A stretch of 43,310 nt of DNA from Mycobacteriales bacterium (lineage in GTDB: Bacteria > Actinomycetota > Actinomycetes > JAFAQI01). Shown piece by piece: positions 34,606 to 43,310 of this stretch. The notes under the pieces were generated by a model, which saw nothing but the letters and a program-made list of their open reading frames with translations, ran no database searches and was not told the origin of the DNA. The stretch spans positions 1 through 43,310 of the forward strand of contig DASZYY010000258.1 in assembly GCA_035545175.1 (NCBI GenBank). Reading direction: 5' to 3'. Position 1 is the stretch's first letter. Each line of letters opens with the position of its first letter. Made by a program: the position numbers and the translations under genes.

Positions 34606-34962
34606 GTGAAGCCGCTTGCCGTTCATCACGTGTCGATCAACGTCAGTGACATCGATGCCGCACTTGCGTTCTACGTCGACCGGCTCGGGCTGGTGCAGCG
34701 CGAGGATCGTCCCGACTTCGGCTTCCCTGGGGCGTGGCTCGATGCAGGCAACCAGCAGGTGCACCTGATTCAGGGCGATGCGCCGGCCAACGTCGGCCAG
34801 CACTTCGCCGTCCAGGTCTCCGACGTCGACGCCGCGATCGCCGAGCTTCGCGGCTCTGGCATCGAGGTCACCGATGCGTTCCCGGTCGGTACGGGCCGCC
34901 AGGCGTTCGTGAGCGACCCGTCCGGCAACGGCATCGAGCTACACGAGGTAGCGAAGGGCTAG
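34606..34962 (+). CDS. VOC (glyoxalase/bleomycin-resistance/dioxygenase) family protein
   Basis: GTG at 34606 gives (M)KPLAVHHVSINVSDIDAALAFY.D.LGL followed by HFA..V.D.DAA...L...G. It is a single-module VOC protein of about 118 aa. Confidence 0.8.
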   Translation: MKPLAVHHVSINVSDIDAALAFYVDRLGLVQREDRPDFGFPGAWLDAGNQQVHLIQGDAPANVGQHFAVQVSDVDAAIAELRGSGIEVTDAFPVGTGRQAFVSDPSGNGIELHEVAKG

Positions 34963-35258
34963 TTCCCGAACCCGTCAGCGAGGACGCAGACCCCGGTCGT
35001 GTGGGCGAGGCGAAGCGGCTTCGCCTCGGCGTACTCCGGTGAGTCGTACCAAGCCCGTGCGGCTTCCTTCGACGGAAAGCGCAGCACGATCGTCACGTGA
35101 CCCGGCTCGCCCTCGACGGACTCGGAGGCGTAGTCCGCGACGAGTACCTCGGCACCGCTGGCACCGATGCTCGGCATCGCCGCCGGCGGATACGCCTGGT
35201 AGGCGTCGGCGTCGTCGATCTTGTAGCTGAAAACCATGTATGCGCTCATGGTGATCAT
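34959..35258 (-). CDS. DUF1330 family protein
   Basis: 99 aa with AYMVFSYKIDDADAY..Y followed by IVL.FPS.EAA.AWYDSPEY...K.LR. Its stop is interlocked with the VOC stop (CTAG at 34959-34962). Confidence 0.75.
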   Translation of the reverse strand: MITMSAYMVFSYKIDDADAYQAYPPAAMPSIGASGAEVLVADYASESVEGEPGHVTIVLRFPSKEAARAWYDSPEYAEAKPLRLAHTTGVCVLADGFGN

Positions 35259-35291
35259 CTAACCGGGCCCCAATAGTGTCGGGCGACGTGG

Positions 35292-36137
35292 ATGGCGTTC
35301 TCGCCGACGAGTGGAATCGCTAGCGTCGGGCAGGTATCCGTTGTGCCTGCGACCTCGACACGGCAGGCGGTAGCCGGGGCCGCAAGGATGGGCCTGGCTG
35401 CACGCGGCTGCTTCTACCTCCTGCTCGCCGGGCTGATCATCAACCTTGCGGCGGAGGGCACGCAGGGCCCGCAGGCCGATGCCAAGGGCGCCTTGGAGAC
35501 CGTAACCGGCAACCCGCTCGGTGAGGCCGCGGTCGTCGCGGTGGCGTTGGGGTTTCTGATCTTCGGCGGCACCCGCCTGTGGAGTGCCTGGAATGACCAG
35601 CGCTCGACTCCGTGGCGTCGTACGACGACTGCCCTGCAAGGCGCCTTCTACGTCGTGCTGACCTGGATCCCGCTGTCCTACGTGCTCGGCAACCACCAGG
35701 CCGGCAGCAACAAGTCCCAGCATCGGGTCGCCGGCGACCTGCTACGGCTGCCGGCCGGCCGCGAGCTCGTCGCGGCGCTGGGCGTGATCGTCATCGGCGT
35801 GTGCGCCAACCAGATCCGCACCGCAGTCACCAACGAGTACGCCGATGGCATGGACACCAAGCGCGCACCCGCGTGGATCGGGTGGCTGGTGCGTGGCGCC
35901 GCGATCACCGGCATCCCGGCGCGGGCGCTCGTCTTCGTCCCGCTCGGCGTCAGCCTCATCGTCGCGGCGGTGCAGTCCGACCCGAGCCACGCCAAGGGCC
36001 TCGACCAGCTGCTCGCCAAGCTCTGCGGGCGCTGGTGGGGCGTCGTGCTGCTGGCGCTCGCCGCAGCCGGCCTGCTCGTCTTCGCGACCTACTCGTTCCT
36101 CGAGGCCCGCTACCGGAAGGTGCTGCGCGCCCAGTAG
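35292..36137 (+). CDS. DUF1206 domain-containing membrane protein
   Basis: Three repeats of a two-helix membrane unit are present (ARGCFYLLLAGLII..., AVVAVALGFLIFG..., GVIVIGVCANQI..., WWGVVLLALAAAGLLVFATYSFLEARYR), as in DUF1206. Confidence 0.7.
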   Translation: MAFSPTSGIASVGQVSVVPATSTRQAVAGAARMGLAARGCFYLLLAGLIINLAAEGTQGPQADAKGALETVTGNPLGEAAVVAVALGFLIFGGTRLWSAWNDQRSTPWRRTTTALQGAFYVVLTWIPLSYVLGNHQAGSNKSQHRVAGDLLRLPAGRELVAALGVIVIGVCANQIRTAVTNEYADGMDTKRAPAWIGWLVRGAAITGIPARALVFVPLGVSLIVAAVQSDPSHAKGLDQLLAKLCGRWWGVVLLALAAAGLLVFATYSFLEARYRKVLRAQ

Positions 36138-37403
36138 CTACTCAGCGCGCTTGCGCGACTCCGAGGCGGCCCAGGCGAACACGCCCTTCGCCATCGTCGA
36201 GGACTCGAACGCCGCGCGTGCCGCGAACACCTCGGCCCGTACCTTGTGCACGCCCGCATCGTCCGGTGCCGCGAGCGAAGCGATCTCCGCGAGGTGCCCA
36301 GCCAGCCGCAGCGATGCTTCATCGCCGAGCGCAGCGAGGGCGGCGGCCCGGTCAGCGAGCGCAGCGGCACCGCCGGCGAGCGAGGCGAGCTCCGAGGCAA
36401 CCGCCGCATCGGGCGCCGGCTTCAACGATGCCGGGTTGCCGTCGTACCACCCGCCGTAGAGCCGCCAGATGTTGCGGACGACGAACTCGGGCTCGTCGTA
36501 GACCGGTCGCAGGTAGGGCTTCTCGAGCAGCTCGGCCGGCGCCTTGACCGTGTGGATGATCTCGTCGAGCCGCGCACCGGAGTTCATCATCGCGACGGTC
36601 TGCTCGTGCAGCGACTCGAGCAGCGCGGCGGTGTCGAGGAGCGCCGTCTTCACCCGGTCCGCGCCGACGACCGGGACGCCGTGTCCGGGCAGCAGGAACT
36701 CGGCGCCGAGCGACGCCATCTTGTGCAGCGCGCGGGCCCACTCGATCGGGTAGCGCTGCACCTTCTGCGGGTTGCCGGCGTTGGGGGAGGCCCAGATGAA
36801 CAGGTCGCCGCTGCACAGCACCTTCTTCTCGGGGATCCACGTCCAGGTGTGGTCGTCGGTCTCGCCGCGCGCGTGGTTCAGCTCGATCGTCATGCCGCCG
36901 ATCACGATCGTCATGGTGTCCCGATAGGTGACATCGGGGTAGCGGTAGTCCATCGGCCACTGGATGCCCGGCGCCTGGAACTGCCGCTGGTTGATGACCG
37001 CGTTGTAGCCGTTGGTGAGCTTGTAGCGGTCGAACCGCGGCGGCAGCGCCTCATGCGCGATGACCTGCGGCGCCCGCCAGCCCCTCTCCTTCGCCTCGGC
37101 CTGGAAGACCGGTACGCCGAACACGTGGTCGACGTGACCGTGGGAGTACACGGCGGTGTGCAACGGCTGGTCCGACCACTCGCGGATCGTGGCGTGCACC
37201 GAAGCCGCGGTCATCTCGCTGCCCGTGTCGACCAGGAACAGCCCGTCATCGGTCGACAGCGCCGAGACGTTGGCGAACGTCGGCAGGAACGCGACACCGT
37301 CGGTGACCTCTTCCAGGCCGCTCTGCGCGAACAGCTGGTGGCCGCTGTCGATCGTGTCGATGCCGCGCCAGAGCCGATCGGCGTAGTCGAGAGTCGCACC
37401 CAT
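36138..37403 (-). CDS. Alkyl/aryl-sulfatase-like MBL-fold metallohydrolase (MBL plus dimerisation domain, no SCP2 domain)
   Basis: ATG at 37403. The metallo-beta-lactamase motif is YSHGHVDHVFG. It is followed by the alkyl-sulfatase dimerisation-domain signature RNIWRLYGGWYDGNPASLKP. The protein ends before a sterol-carrier-like domain would occur. Confidence 0.78.
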   Translation of the reverse strand: MGATLDYADRLWRGIDTIDSGHQLFAQSGLEEVTDGVAFLPTFANVSALSTDDGLFLVDTGSEMTAASVHATIREWSDQPLHTAVYSHGHVDHVFGVPVFQAEAKERGWRAPQVIAHEALPPRFDRYKLTNGYNAVINQRQFQAPGIQWPMDYRYPDVTYRDTMTIVIGGMTIELNHARGETDDHTWTWIPEKKVLCSGDLFIWASPNAGNPQKVQRYPIEWARALHKMASLGAEFLLPGHGVPVVGADRVKTALLDTAALLESLHEQTVAMMNSGARLDEIIHTVKAPAELLEKPYLRPVYDEPEFVVRNIWRLYGGWYDGNPASLKPAPDAAVASELASLAGGAAALADRAAALAALGDEASLRLAGHLAEIASLAAPDDAGVHKVRAEVFAARAAFESSTMAKGVFAWAASESRKRAE

Positions 37404-37405
37404 AG

Positions 37406-38299
37406 CTAGCTCCGATCTGGCGAGGCGGGCGTAGCCCGACGAGTCCGTGCGGCGGGCATCCATTCAGTTCCAGCAGTCTCGTCGATCCGCGAGACGAGCC
37501 GGTCACCAGCCGGCTCGACCAGCGACAGGAACTCGTTCGTCAACTCAGCGCCGAGGATCCGCCAAGCGAGCGAGGCGAGCGAGTCGGTGCGCTCCTCGAT
37601 CCGAGCGCGCAGCGCGAGGCCCGCCTCGGTGATCTCTCGACCCGAAGCCAAGCCGCGGTCGCAGAGCGCGGCGTAGGCGGCATCCAACGCGGCATCGTCG
37701 GACCCACGAGAGCGCGGGATCCAGTCCGGCGGGTAGTTGAGGAACGCGTTGTGCAGCAGGCCGGCCTGCGTCGCGGAGATGTCCTCAGCGGCCAGTACGG
37801 CGAAGTGCGTGTCGCCGCGCCACTCCCGAATGCAGTTGACGGCCAGCCAGGCTGACAGCAGAGGGTCGGAAGGCCGCGGCTGCTGGCGATGAGCCGCAAA
37901 GAGCGCGCGCCCCGAGACGGGCAAGGCATCAGCCGCTGCCCACAGCGGCGCGGCGAGCGAAGCGAGCCCGTCACAGATCTCCGGAACGTAGGCACGCAAC
38001 CCGTGCAGCACGGCATCGTTTCGCGCCTCGACGATCGCGTCGTACGTCGTGTGCTGCTCGGCGATCTGCAGCGCGGCCGCGATGAACTCCGGCGAGATCG
38101 AGTAGAAGGTCGCGGCGACGACCTGGGCGCCGGCCGGGGCGAGCGGGGCCGAGCGGCTGGCGATGTAGGTGATGCCGCCCATGTCGAGCCCGAGTGCGGC
38201 GTAGTTCTCCAGCGCCACCGGGTCCCAGTAGATCCAGCCGATCAGCCGGTGCGAGGCGAATGACGCGCGCGCCGAGAGCGAGGTCCAGTCGTCGGCCAT
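37406..38299 (-). CDS. Conserved hypothetical protein, SCO6745/SalK-like helical family
   Basis: 297 aa with the pattern ...YIASRSAPLAPAGAQVVAATFYSISPEFIAAAL... and ...IREWRGDTHFAVLAAEDISATQAGLL.... This resembles actinobacterial SCO6745-family proteins as I remember them. It ends 2 nt before the MBL gene start. Confidence 0.5.
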   Translation of the reverse strand: MADDWTSLSARASFASHRLIGWIYWDPVALENYAALGLDMGGITYIASRSAPLAPAGAQVVAATFYSISPEFIAAALQIAEQHTTYDAIVEARNDAVLHGLRAYVPEICDGLASLAAPLWAAADALPVSGRALFAAHRQQPRPSDPLLSAWLAVNCIREWRGDTHFAVLAAEDISATQAGLLHNAFLNYPPDWIPRSRGSDDAALDAAYAALCDRGLASGREITEAGLALRARIEERTDSLASLAWRILGAELTNEFLSLVEPAGDRLVSRIDETAGTEWMPAARTRRATPASPDRS

Positions 38300-38319
38300 G
38301 GTGGAGCGTTCCTACCATC

Positions 38320-38336
38320 TGTCAGTAGACATGACA
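38320..38336. promoter_or_regulatory. Inverted repeat TGTCA-N7-TGACA (nested TGTC-AGTA-GACA) upstream of the SCO6745-like/MBL gene pair
   Basis: Read directly as tgtcagtagacatgaca in the AT-richer 44-nt spacer between 38299 and 38344. Confidence 0.25.
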
Positions 38337-38343
38337 ATAGTCG

Positions 38344-39567
38344 CTAGACCGGCAGCACCCACTCGTCGTTCGTGATCAGCGGTACGACGCTGCCGTCGGG
38401 GCGGATCCCGTCGACGTCGACGCCCGGCCCGCCGATCACGACGTCGGTGTGGACGACCGAGCGGTTCAACCCGATCTCGTAGAGCTCGTCCGACGTCTTC
38501 TGCAGGCCGTCCGCAAGTGTGAACGGGAAGGACTGTCCCCACGCGATGTGGGACCCGGCGTTCTCGTCGTAGAGGGTGTCGTGGAAGACGATGCCGGCCT
38601 TGCGCACCCGCGAGTCTCGGTCCACCAGCGCGACCTCGCCGAGCGAGCGTGCGCCGTCGTCGGTCTCGAGCTCCGCGCGCACCGCATCGACGCCGCGTTC
38701 AGCGGTGACGTCCACGGCTCGGCCGTCGGTGAAGGACACGACCAGGCCGTCGACGAACGCGCCGGTGCGCGGCATCACCAAGGGCCGGGTCAGGGCGATC
38801 GTGCCGTCGGCGCGGGTGCGGTCGGGACTGGTGAAGACCTCCTCGGTCGGGAGGTTGGGCATGATCGCCACGCCGCTGTTGGTGGTCAGCCCGCCGCCGG
38901 TCCACACCGAGTTGGGCAGCAGTCCGACCGTGAGGTCGGTGTCGCCGCCGTGGTAGCGGACGGCGTCCAGGCCGAGCGCTCCGACCGCCGCCGCGCGCGT
39001 GGTCAGCTTGCGGTGGTGCTCGCGCCAGGCCGCCACCACGTCGGGTTCGTCGAGCCGGAACGCGACGCTGACCGCCTCCCAGAGCCGCTCGACGTCCGGC
39101 TCCCCGAAGACCTGCTCCGCCCAGCCCGCGTTGGGGGCCGCGGCAACGGTCCACGCGAGGTTGTTGCCGTTCACCACGGTGCGCGAGGCGAGGGCGAGCT
39201 CCATCGGTATCGCGGTGACGCGAGCCGGGTCGATGCCGTCGAACAGGTGCGGCGCCGGGTTGCCGGTCAGCACGATGTTCGCCGCCTCGGCGCTGTCGAG
39301 AGATCGCGCCTTCGCGAGCTCCCAGTCCGTGACGGACGTGAGCCCCTCGAGGGGCGCGTGCTTCAGCGCAGCGAGCTTCACGTGAACGTCGCTGTAGTCG
39401 ACGATCACCCGCTTGGCGCCGGCGACGTACGCCGCCTCGGCGACCGCCCGTGCGACCTCCGCCATCGCGATGTCGGCGCGGACGAACACCGTCTGCCCGG
39501 GCTGCACGTTGGCGCCGATCCGCACGATGACGTCGGCGTACTTCGAAAGTCTCTGGTCGGCATCCAC
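38344..39567 (-). CDS. Aminopeptidase, peptidase family M29 (AmpS/PepS-like)
   Basis: M29-typical elements are [48 protein letters not shown] and [10 protein letters not shown] at 39567 gives the canonical (M)[11 protein letters not shown]-terminus. The longest ORF would start at GTG 39609. Confidence 0.85.
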   Translation of the reverse strand: MDADQRLSKYADVIVRIGANVQPGQTVFVRADIAMAEVARAVAEAAYVAGAKRVIVDYSDVHVKLAALKHAPLEGLTSVTDWELAKARSLDSAEAANIVLTGNPAPHLFDGIDPARVTAIPMELALASRTVVNGNNLAWTVAAAPNAGWAEQVFGEPDVERLWEAVSVAFRLDEPDVVAAWREHHRKLTTRAAAVGALGLDAVRYHGGDTDLTVGLLPNSVWTGGGLTTNSGVAIMPNLPTEEVFTSPDRTRADGTIALTRPLVMPRTGAFVDGLVVSFTDGRAVDVTAERGVDAVRAELETDDGARSLGEVALVDRDSRVRKAGIVFHDTLYDENAGSHIAWGQSFPFTLADGLQKTSDELYEIGLNRSVVHTDVVIGGPGVDVDGIRPDGSVVPLITNDEWVLPV

Positions 39568-39616
39568 GACAACGATCGTGCCCGACGGGCTGCGAGTGAC
39601 GCACCTCACTTAGAGG

Positions 39617-39628
39617 CAGGCTTGCCTG
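39617..39628. promoter_or_regulatory. Inverted repeat CAGGC-TT-GCCTG in the aminopeptidase/TetR divergent region; candidate TetR operator
   Basis: Read directly from the sequence. It lies about 30 nt upstream of the preferred TetR ATG (39657). Confidence 0.3.
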
Positions 39629-39656
39629 TTTGTTAGTTTCCCCGTACGGTCAGGTG

Positions 39657-40334
39657 ATGTCCCGGAAGGCAGCGCGAAGCGCTCGCGAGGCAGTGCCGCC
39701 GCCGCGACGCTCGCAAGCCGAACGGGCCGAGCAGATGCGGGCCCGGCTGCTCGACGCGACGATCGAGTGCCTCGCCGAGTCGGGGTACGGCCGGATGTCG
39801 ACCAACGACGTCGTACGGCGGGCACGGGTGTCGCGCGGCGCCCTCGCCCATCACTTCCCGACCAAAGCCGACCTCGTGACGGCTGCCGCCGAGCGCCTGG
39901 TCGAGCGCCGTGGCGCGGAGTTCCGCGCCCGGTTCGAGGCCATCGCCCCCGAGCGGCGTACGCCGGAGCGGGCGCTGGAGGTCCTGTGGTCGTTCTACGA
40001 CGACCCCAGCGGCCTCGCGCTGATCGAGCTCACCGTCGTCGCGCGCAACTACCCCGAGCTGACCCAGGTCCTGGTCAAGATGGGCGACCAGATCGCGGCG
40101 GTGACGACCGAGATGGTCGTCGAGTACTTCCCGAGCCTCGCGTCGGTGCCCTTCATCGAAGAGGCGCTGCGCGCGGTCCACGCGCTGTTCGCCGGGCTTG
40201 CGCTGTCCTCGATGGCCGGCCCGCAGGCGACCGGCCACGCCCAGGCGGTGCGCGAGTTCCTCAACATCCTTGCTCTCAACATGCTCGACACCAGCACGTC
40301 GCTCGTCCCCGACAACTCAGGGAGCAACCCATGA
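39657..40334 (+). CDS. TetR/AcrR-family transcriptional regulator
   Basis: The HTH is RARLLDATIECLAESGYGRMSTNDVVRRARVSRGALAHHFPTKADLV. ATG at 39657 is preferred over the TTG at 39630 used by the ORF track. Confidence 0.85.
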   Translation: MSRKAARSAREAVPPPRRSQAERAEQMRARLLDATIECLAESGYGRMSTNDVVRRARVSRGALAHHFPTKADLVTAAAERLVERRGAEFRARFEAIAPERRTPERALEVLWSFYDDPSGLALIELTVVARNYPELTQVLVKMGDQIAAVTTEMVVEYFPSLASVPFIEEALRAVHALFAGLALSSMAGPQATGHAQAVREFLNILALNMLDTSTSLVPDNSGSNP

Positions 40335-41200
40335 GTGTGATGTCCGTACCGGCCGGCGCAGCTCCGAAGCGCACGATCAAGACGCGGCGCATGAAGTTCA
40401 ACTACGCCCCGGGCCGGGTCGACCGCCACTTCGCGGACAACGACCTGATCCTCAGCCACGTGGTCGCGATCCTGTCGGCGATGTTCCCCGAGGGCGAGGA
40501 CTTCTTCGTCCGCTCGGTGCGTCACTACGTCGACCGCATCGAGGACCCGGAGCTGCTGGAGGCGGTGAAGGGCTTCACCGGCCAGGAGACGATGCACGGC
40601 CGGGAGCACCGCGCTCTCAATGAGCGGCTGCAGGAGCTCGGCTACCCGACGCGTCGCGTCGACCGGCTGACGAAGCACGACCTCGCCCGGGTCGAGCGGC
40701 GGGCTCCGCACATGGTGCAGCTCGCGATCACGGCGGCGCTCGAGCACTACACCGCGACGCTCGCGGAGCGACTGCTGTCCGACGAGCAGGCGCGCGAGAA
40801 GCTCGGGGAGGGCGAGGTCCGCAACGTCCTGCTCTGGCATGCGGTGGAGGAGTCCGAGCACAAGGCCGTGGCGTTCGACGTCTACCGCGCGATGGGCGGC
40901 ACCGAGAAGATGCGGATCCGGGTCATGAAGGTCATGACCTGGTCGTTCATCTTCGGCGTGGCGTTTCACACGATCCTGTCGATGCTCGCCGACCGGGCGA
41001 CGTACAACCCGGTTCGCCTTTGGCGCAGCATCAAGCTGCTGCCGCAGTCGCCGTTCCTCGGCAAGTCGATGGTGGCGTCGATCAAGGACTACAACCGCGA
41101 GGGCTTCCACCCGAACGACCACGACAACACCGAGCTGCTCGACTACTGGACGAAGGAGCTGTTCGGGGAGCAGGGTCGGCTCGTGGGGAACCTCAAGTGA
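40331..41200 (+). CDS. Metal-dependent hydrolase family protein (PF10118-like)
   Basis: ATG at 40331 overlaps the TetR stop (ATGA). FTGQETMHGREHRALN and WHAVEESEHKAVAFDVY are His/Glu-rich helices typical of this predicted metal-dependent hydrolase family. The ORF-track start at 39767 is a shadow extension. Confidence 0.68.
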   Translation: MSVMSVPAGAAPKRTIKTRRMKFNYAPGRVDRHFADNDLILSHVVAILSAMFPEGEDFFVRSVRHYVDRIEDPELLEAVKGFTGQETMHGREHRALNERLQELGYPTRRVDRLTKHDLARVERRAPHMVQLAITAALEHYTATLAERLLSDEQAREKLGEGEVRNVLLWHAVEESEHKAVAFDVYRAMGGTEKMRIRVMKVMTWSFIFGVAFHTILSMLADRATYNPVRLWRSIKLLPQSPFLGKSMVASIKDYNREGFHPNDHDNTELLDYWTKELFGEQGRLVGNLK

Positions 41201-42699
41201 CCGCAGCGGTCGACCATGACGTCGTCATCATCGGCGCCGGGTTCGGCGGCATGGGTGCGGCGATCGAGCTCAAGCGGCAGGGCTACCACGACATCCTGAT
41301 CGTCGAGCGCGAGGACGACCTCGGCGGCACCTGGCACGTCAACCACTACCCGGGTCTCGCCGTCGACATCCCGTCGGTGACGTACTCCTACTCCTTCGAG
41401 CCGAACCCGTACTGGTCGCGGCTGTTCGCCCCGGGCCCAGAGCTCAAGCGCTACGCGCTGCACGTCGCCGACAAGTACGACCTGCACCGCCACATGCGCT
41501 TCGGTACCGCGGTCGAGGGCGCGCGCTGGGAAGAGGACGAGGGCCGGCCAGGCGCGGGGCACTGGGTCATCAACCTCGCCGGCGGTGAGACCGTCACAGC
41601 GCGCTACGTCGTTGCGGCGACGGGCTACCTGTCGCAGCCGTATCGCCCGGAGATCCCTGGCATCGACTCCTTTGCCGGCGACGTGCTGCACACCGCGAAG
41701 TGGGACGACGACTACGACCTGTCCGGCAAGCGCGTTGCCGTGATCGGCACCGGTGCTACCGCCGTACAGCTGATCCCTGAGGTCGCGAAGCTGGCCGCCG
41801 AGATGACGGTCTACCAGCGCACGCCGATCTACGTCACCGCCAAGAACGACTTCGCGATCCCGAAGTCCGTGCAGCGGGTGTTCGCCCGGTTCCCGATCAC
41901 GCAGCGGGCGGCGAGGCTGGTCAGCACGTCGGTCCTCGAGCTGCTGATGGTCGCCGGTGTGCTCCGGTATCGGCAGCTGCGCCGGTTCAACGAGCGGGCC
42001 GGACAGCTCGCGATCCGCAACATGAAGCACCACATCAAGGACCCGGAGCTGCGGGAGAAGCTCACGCCGAACTACTCGTTCGGTTGCAAGCGCCCGACGT
42101 TCTCCAACGACTTCTACCCGACGTTCAACCTGCCGCACGTGCACCTCGAGACGACGCCCATCGAGCGCTTCGACACCGATGGCATCGTGACGTCCGACGG
42201 CAACAAGACGACGATCGACACCTTGGTGCTCGCGACCGGCTACAACATCTGGGACGTGAACTTCCCGGCGTTCGAGGTGATCGGGCGCGAGGGTCGCGAT
42301 CTCGGCAAGTGGTGGCGCGACAACCGGTTCTGCGCCTACGAGGGTGTGTCGGTCCCGCTGTTCCCGAACCTGCTCATCCTGGCCAGCCCGTACTCCTACA
42401 GCGGCCTGTCGTACTTCACGACGATCGAGTACCAGATGACGCACATCGGACGGCTGTTCGGCGAGCTGCACCGCAAGAAGGCGTCGACGTTCGAGGTCAC
42501 CGAGAAGGCGAACGAGGACTTCCTCGACCGCATGGCGGTCCTGCTCGGCGACTCGGTCTTCTACAACGGCAACTGCGGGCCGGCGCGCAGCTACTACTTC
42601 AACCAGCACGGCGAGGCCGCGGTGCTACGTCCGACCTCGACGTACAACACCCGCCGCGAGGCCAACAGCTTCCCGCTGACGGACTACCAGTTCAGCTAG
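41197..42699 (+). CDS. Type I Baeyer-Villiger (flavin-containing) monooxygenase
   Basis: GTG at 41197 overlaps the preceding stop (GTGA). The FAD motif is VVIIGAGFGG and the NADPH motif is VAVIGTGATAVQ. The BVMO fingerprint FxGxxxHxxxW[P/D] appears as FAGDVLHTAKWD, encoded at 41671-41706. Confidence 0.9.
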   Translation: MTAAVDHDVVIIGAGFGGMGAAIELKRQGYHDILIVEREDDLGGTWHVNHYPGLAVDIPSVTYSYSFEPNPYWSRLFAPGPELKRYALHVADKYDLHRHMRFGTAVEGARWEEDEGRPGAGHWVINLAGGETVTARYVVAATGYLSQPYRPEIPGIDSFAGDVLHTAKWDDDYDLSGKRVAVIGTGATAVQLIPEVAKLAAEMTVYQRTPIYVTAKNDFAIPKSVQRVFARFPITQRAARLVSTSVLELLMVAGVLRYRQLRRFNERAGQLAIRNMKHHIKDPELREKLTPNYSFGCKRPTFSNDFYPTFNLPHVHLETTPIERFDTDGIVTSDGNKTTIDTLVLATGYNIWDVNFPAFEVIGREGRDLGKWWRDNRFCAYEGVSVPLFPNLLILASPYSYSGLSYFTTIEYQMTHIGRLFGELHRKKASTFEVTEKANEDFLDRMAVLLGDSVFYNGNCGPARSYYFNQHGEAAVLRPTSTYNTRREANSFPLTDYQFS

Positions 42700-43310
42700 C
42701 GATCGCTGCCGCGACCTCGTCTGGTTGCTCCATCGCCATGAAGGTTCGCCCGCCCGGTACCGGCGTCAGCGTCGCGTTCGGGAACGCCGCCGCCATCCGA
42801 TCGGCGAAGCTGATCTTGAAGCACGGGTCGGCGTTACCCCACACGAGATGAACCGGCTTGGTGAAGCTGCCGAACCGCGTCGACACGTCCAGCAGGTCCT
42901 TGGGCCGGACGCCCCGCAGCACCTTCGCCAGATCGCGGCGTACCGCTGGGTCGGTGAGCACCGGATCGATCCAGCTCTGCGTGACCGCGGGATCGGGTTT
43001 GCCGGCGAACAGCAGGCCGTAGCCGAGCCGGCTGTGCCGCAGGGCGGTCGGCTTGATCGATACGGCGAGCGGCTTGATGAGGGACTCTCGCCGGCCTGCG
43101 ACGAAGAGCATCTTGAAGTCGCGTGGCGGGAACACGTCGAAGGCGTCGCAGTTGGTCAGCACGAGCCGGCCGACCCGGCTGTGGTCGGTGTCGATCAGGA
43201 ACTGGCACAGCGCGCCGCCGGTGTCGTTGCCGACCAAGGTCACGTTCGTCAGATCGAGCTTCGCCATGAAGTCGTTGATGATCCGCGCCAGGCCGCGCGG
43301 CGTCAGGTCG
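42692..43310 (-). CDS. Alpha/beta-fold hydrolase (5' end outside the window)
   Basis: The reading frame stays open to the window edge (...TPRGLARIINDFMAKLDL...). LVGNDTGGAL is a nucleophile-elbow-like element with Asp, as in the haloalkane-dehalogenase/epoxide-hydrolase subgroup. The C-terminus reads PGGRTFMAMEQPDEVA. It overlaps the BVMO 3' end by 8 nt. Confidence 0.7.
   Translation of the reverse strand, partial: DLTPRGLARIINDFMAKLDLTNVTLVGNDTGGALCQFLIDTDHSRVGRLVLTNCDAFDVFPPRDFKMLFVAGRRESLIKPLAVSIKPTALRHSRLGYGLLFAGKPDPAVTQSWIDPVLTDPAVRRDLAKVLRGVRPKDLLDVSTRFGSFTKPVHLVWGNADPCFKISFADRMAAAFPNATLTPVPGGRTFMAMEQPDEVAAAIAS

Noticed and set aside
41143-42609. A 488-aa minus-strand ORF opposite the BVMO
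   Set aside because: It is a shadow ORF. The plus strand carries the FAD, NADPH and BVMO fingerprint motifs.
1-43310. CRISPR arrays, tRNA/rRNA genes, IS elements, prophage remnants and tandem repeats
   Set aside because: Coding density is near-continuous, with the largest intergenic gap under 100 nt. I saw no regularly spaced direct repeats, cloverleaf-like segments or transposase/integrase-like translations. A computational scan (tRNAscan-SE, Infernal, a CRISPR finder) would be needed to exclude small RNAs embedded in ORFs.

Overview
This is a very GC-rich, tightly packed chromosomal segment that looks actinobacterial (strong GC3 bias, many GTG/TTG starts, many 4-nt stop/start overlaps). 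I support about 41 protein-coding genes. By eye I found no rRNA, tRNA, CRISPR array, transposase, integrase or long non-coding stretch. Order of content: (1) a truncated NrtR-like Nudix gene divergent from a translationally coupled nadA-nadB-nadC NAD biosynthesis operon, followed by a FUSC-type membrane protein. (2) A minus-strand trio of a PQQ-like beta-propeller, a small membrane-anchored protein and a DUF421 protein. (3) A solitary Dam-like (D12 class, DPPY) adenine methyltransferase with no restriction partner. (4) A seven-gene minus-strand cluster at 9002-20892: GH3 beta-glucosidase, tannase-like esterase, RsbW-like ATPase fusion, membrane sensor PP2C phosphatase, tail-anchored Pro/Thr-rich protein, an 820-aa exported protein with no domain I recognise, and a phosphodiester glycosidase with a His-rich tail. 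I consider this the best candidate for an undescribed system. (5) An SRPBCC gene followed by a complete mce lipid-import operon (yrbEA/B, mceA-F, one Mas protein) with no MceG ATPase in the window. (6) A lipid/xenobiotic-metabolism neighbourhood: a TetR gene with an unknown 190-aa partner, an EphD-like hydrolase-SDR fusion, small DUF genes, an alkylsulfatase-like MBL hydrolase, an M29 aminopeptidase, a TetR/metal-hydrolase/Baeyer-Villiger monooxygenase cassette and a truncated alpha/beta hydrolase. All family assignments come from reading motifs in the supplied translations. No database search was run.
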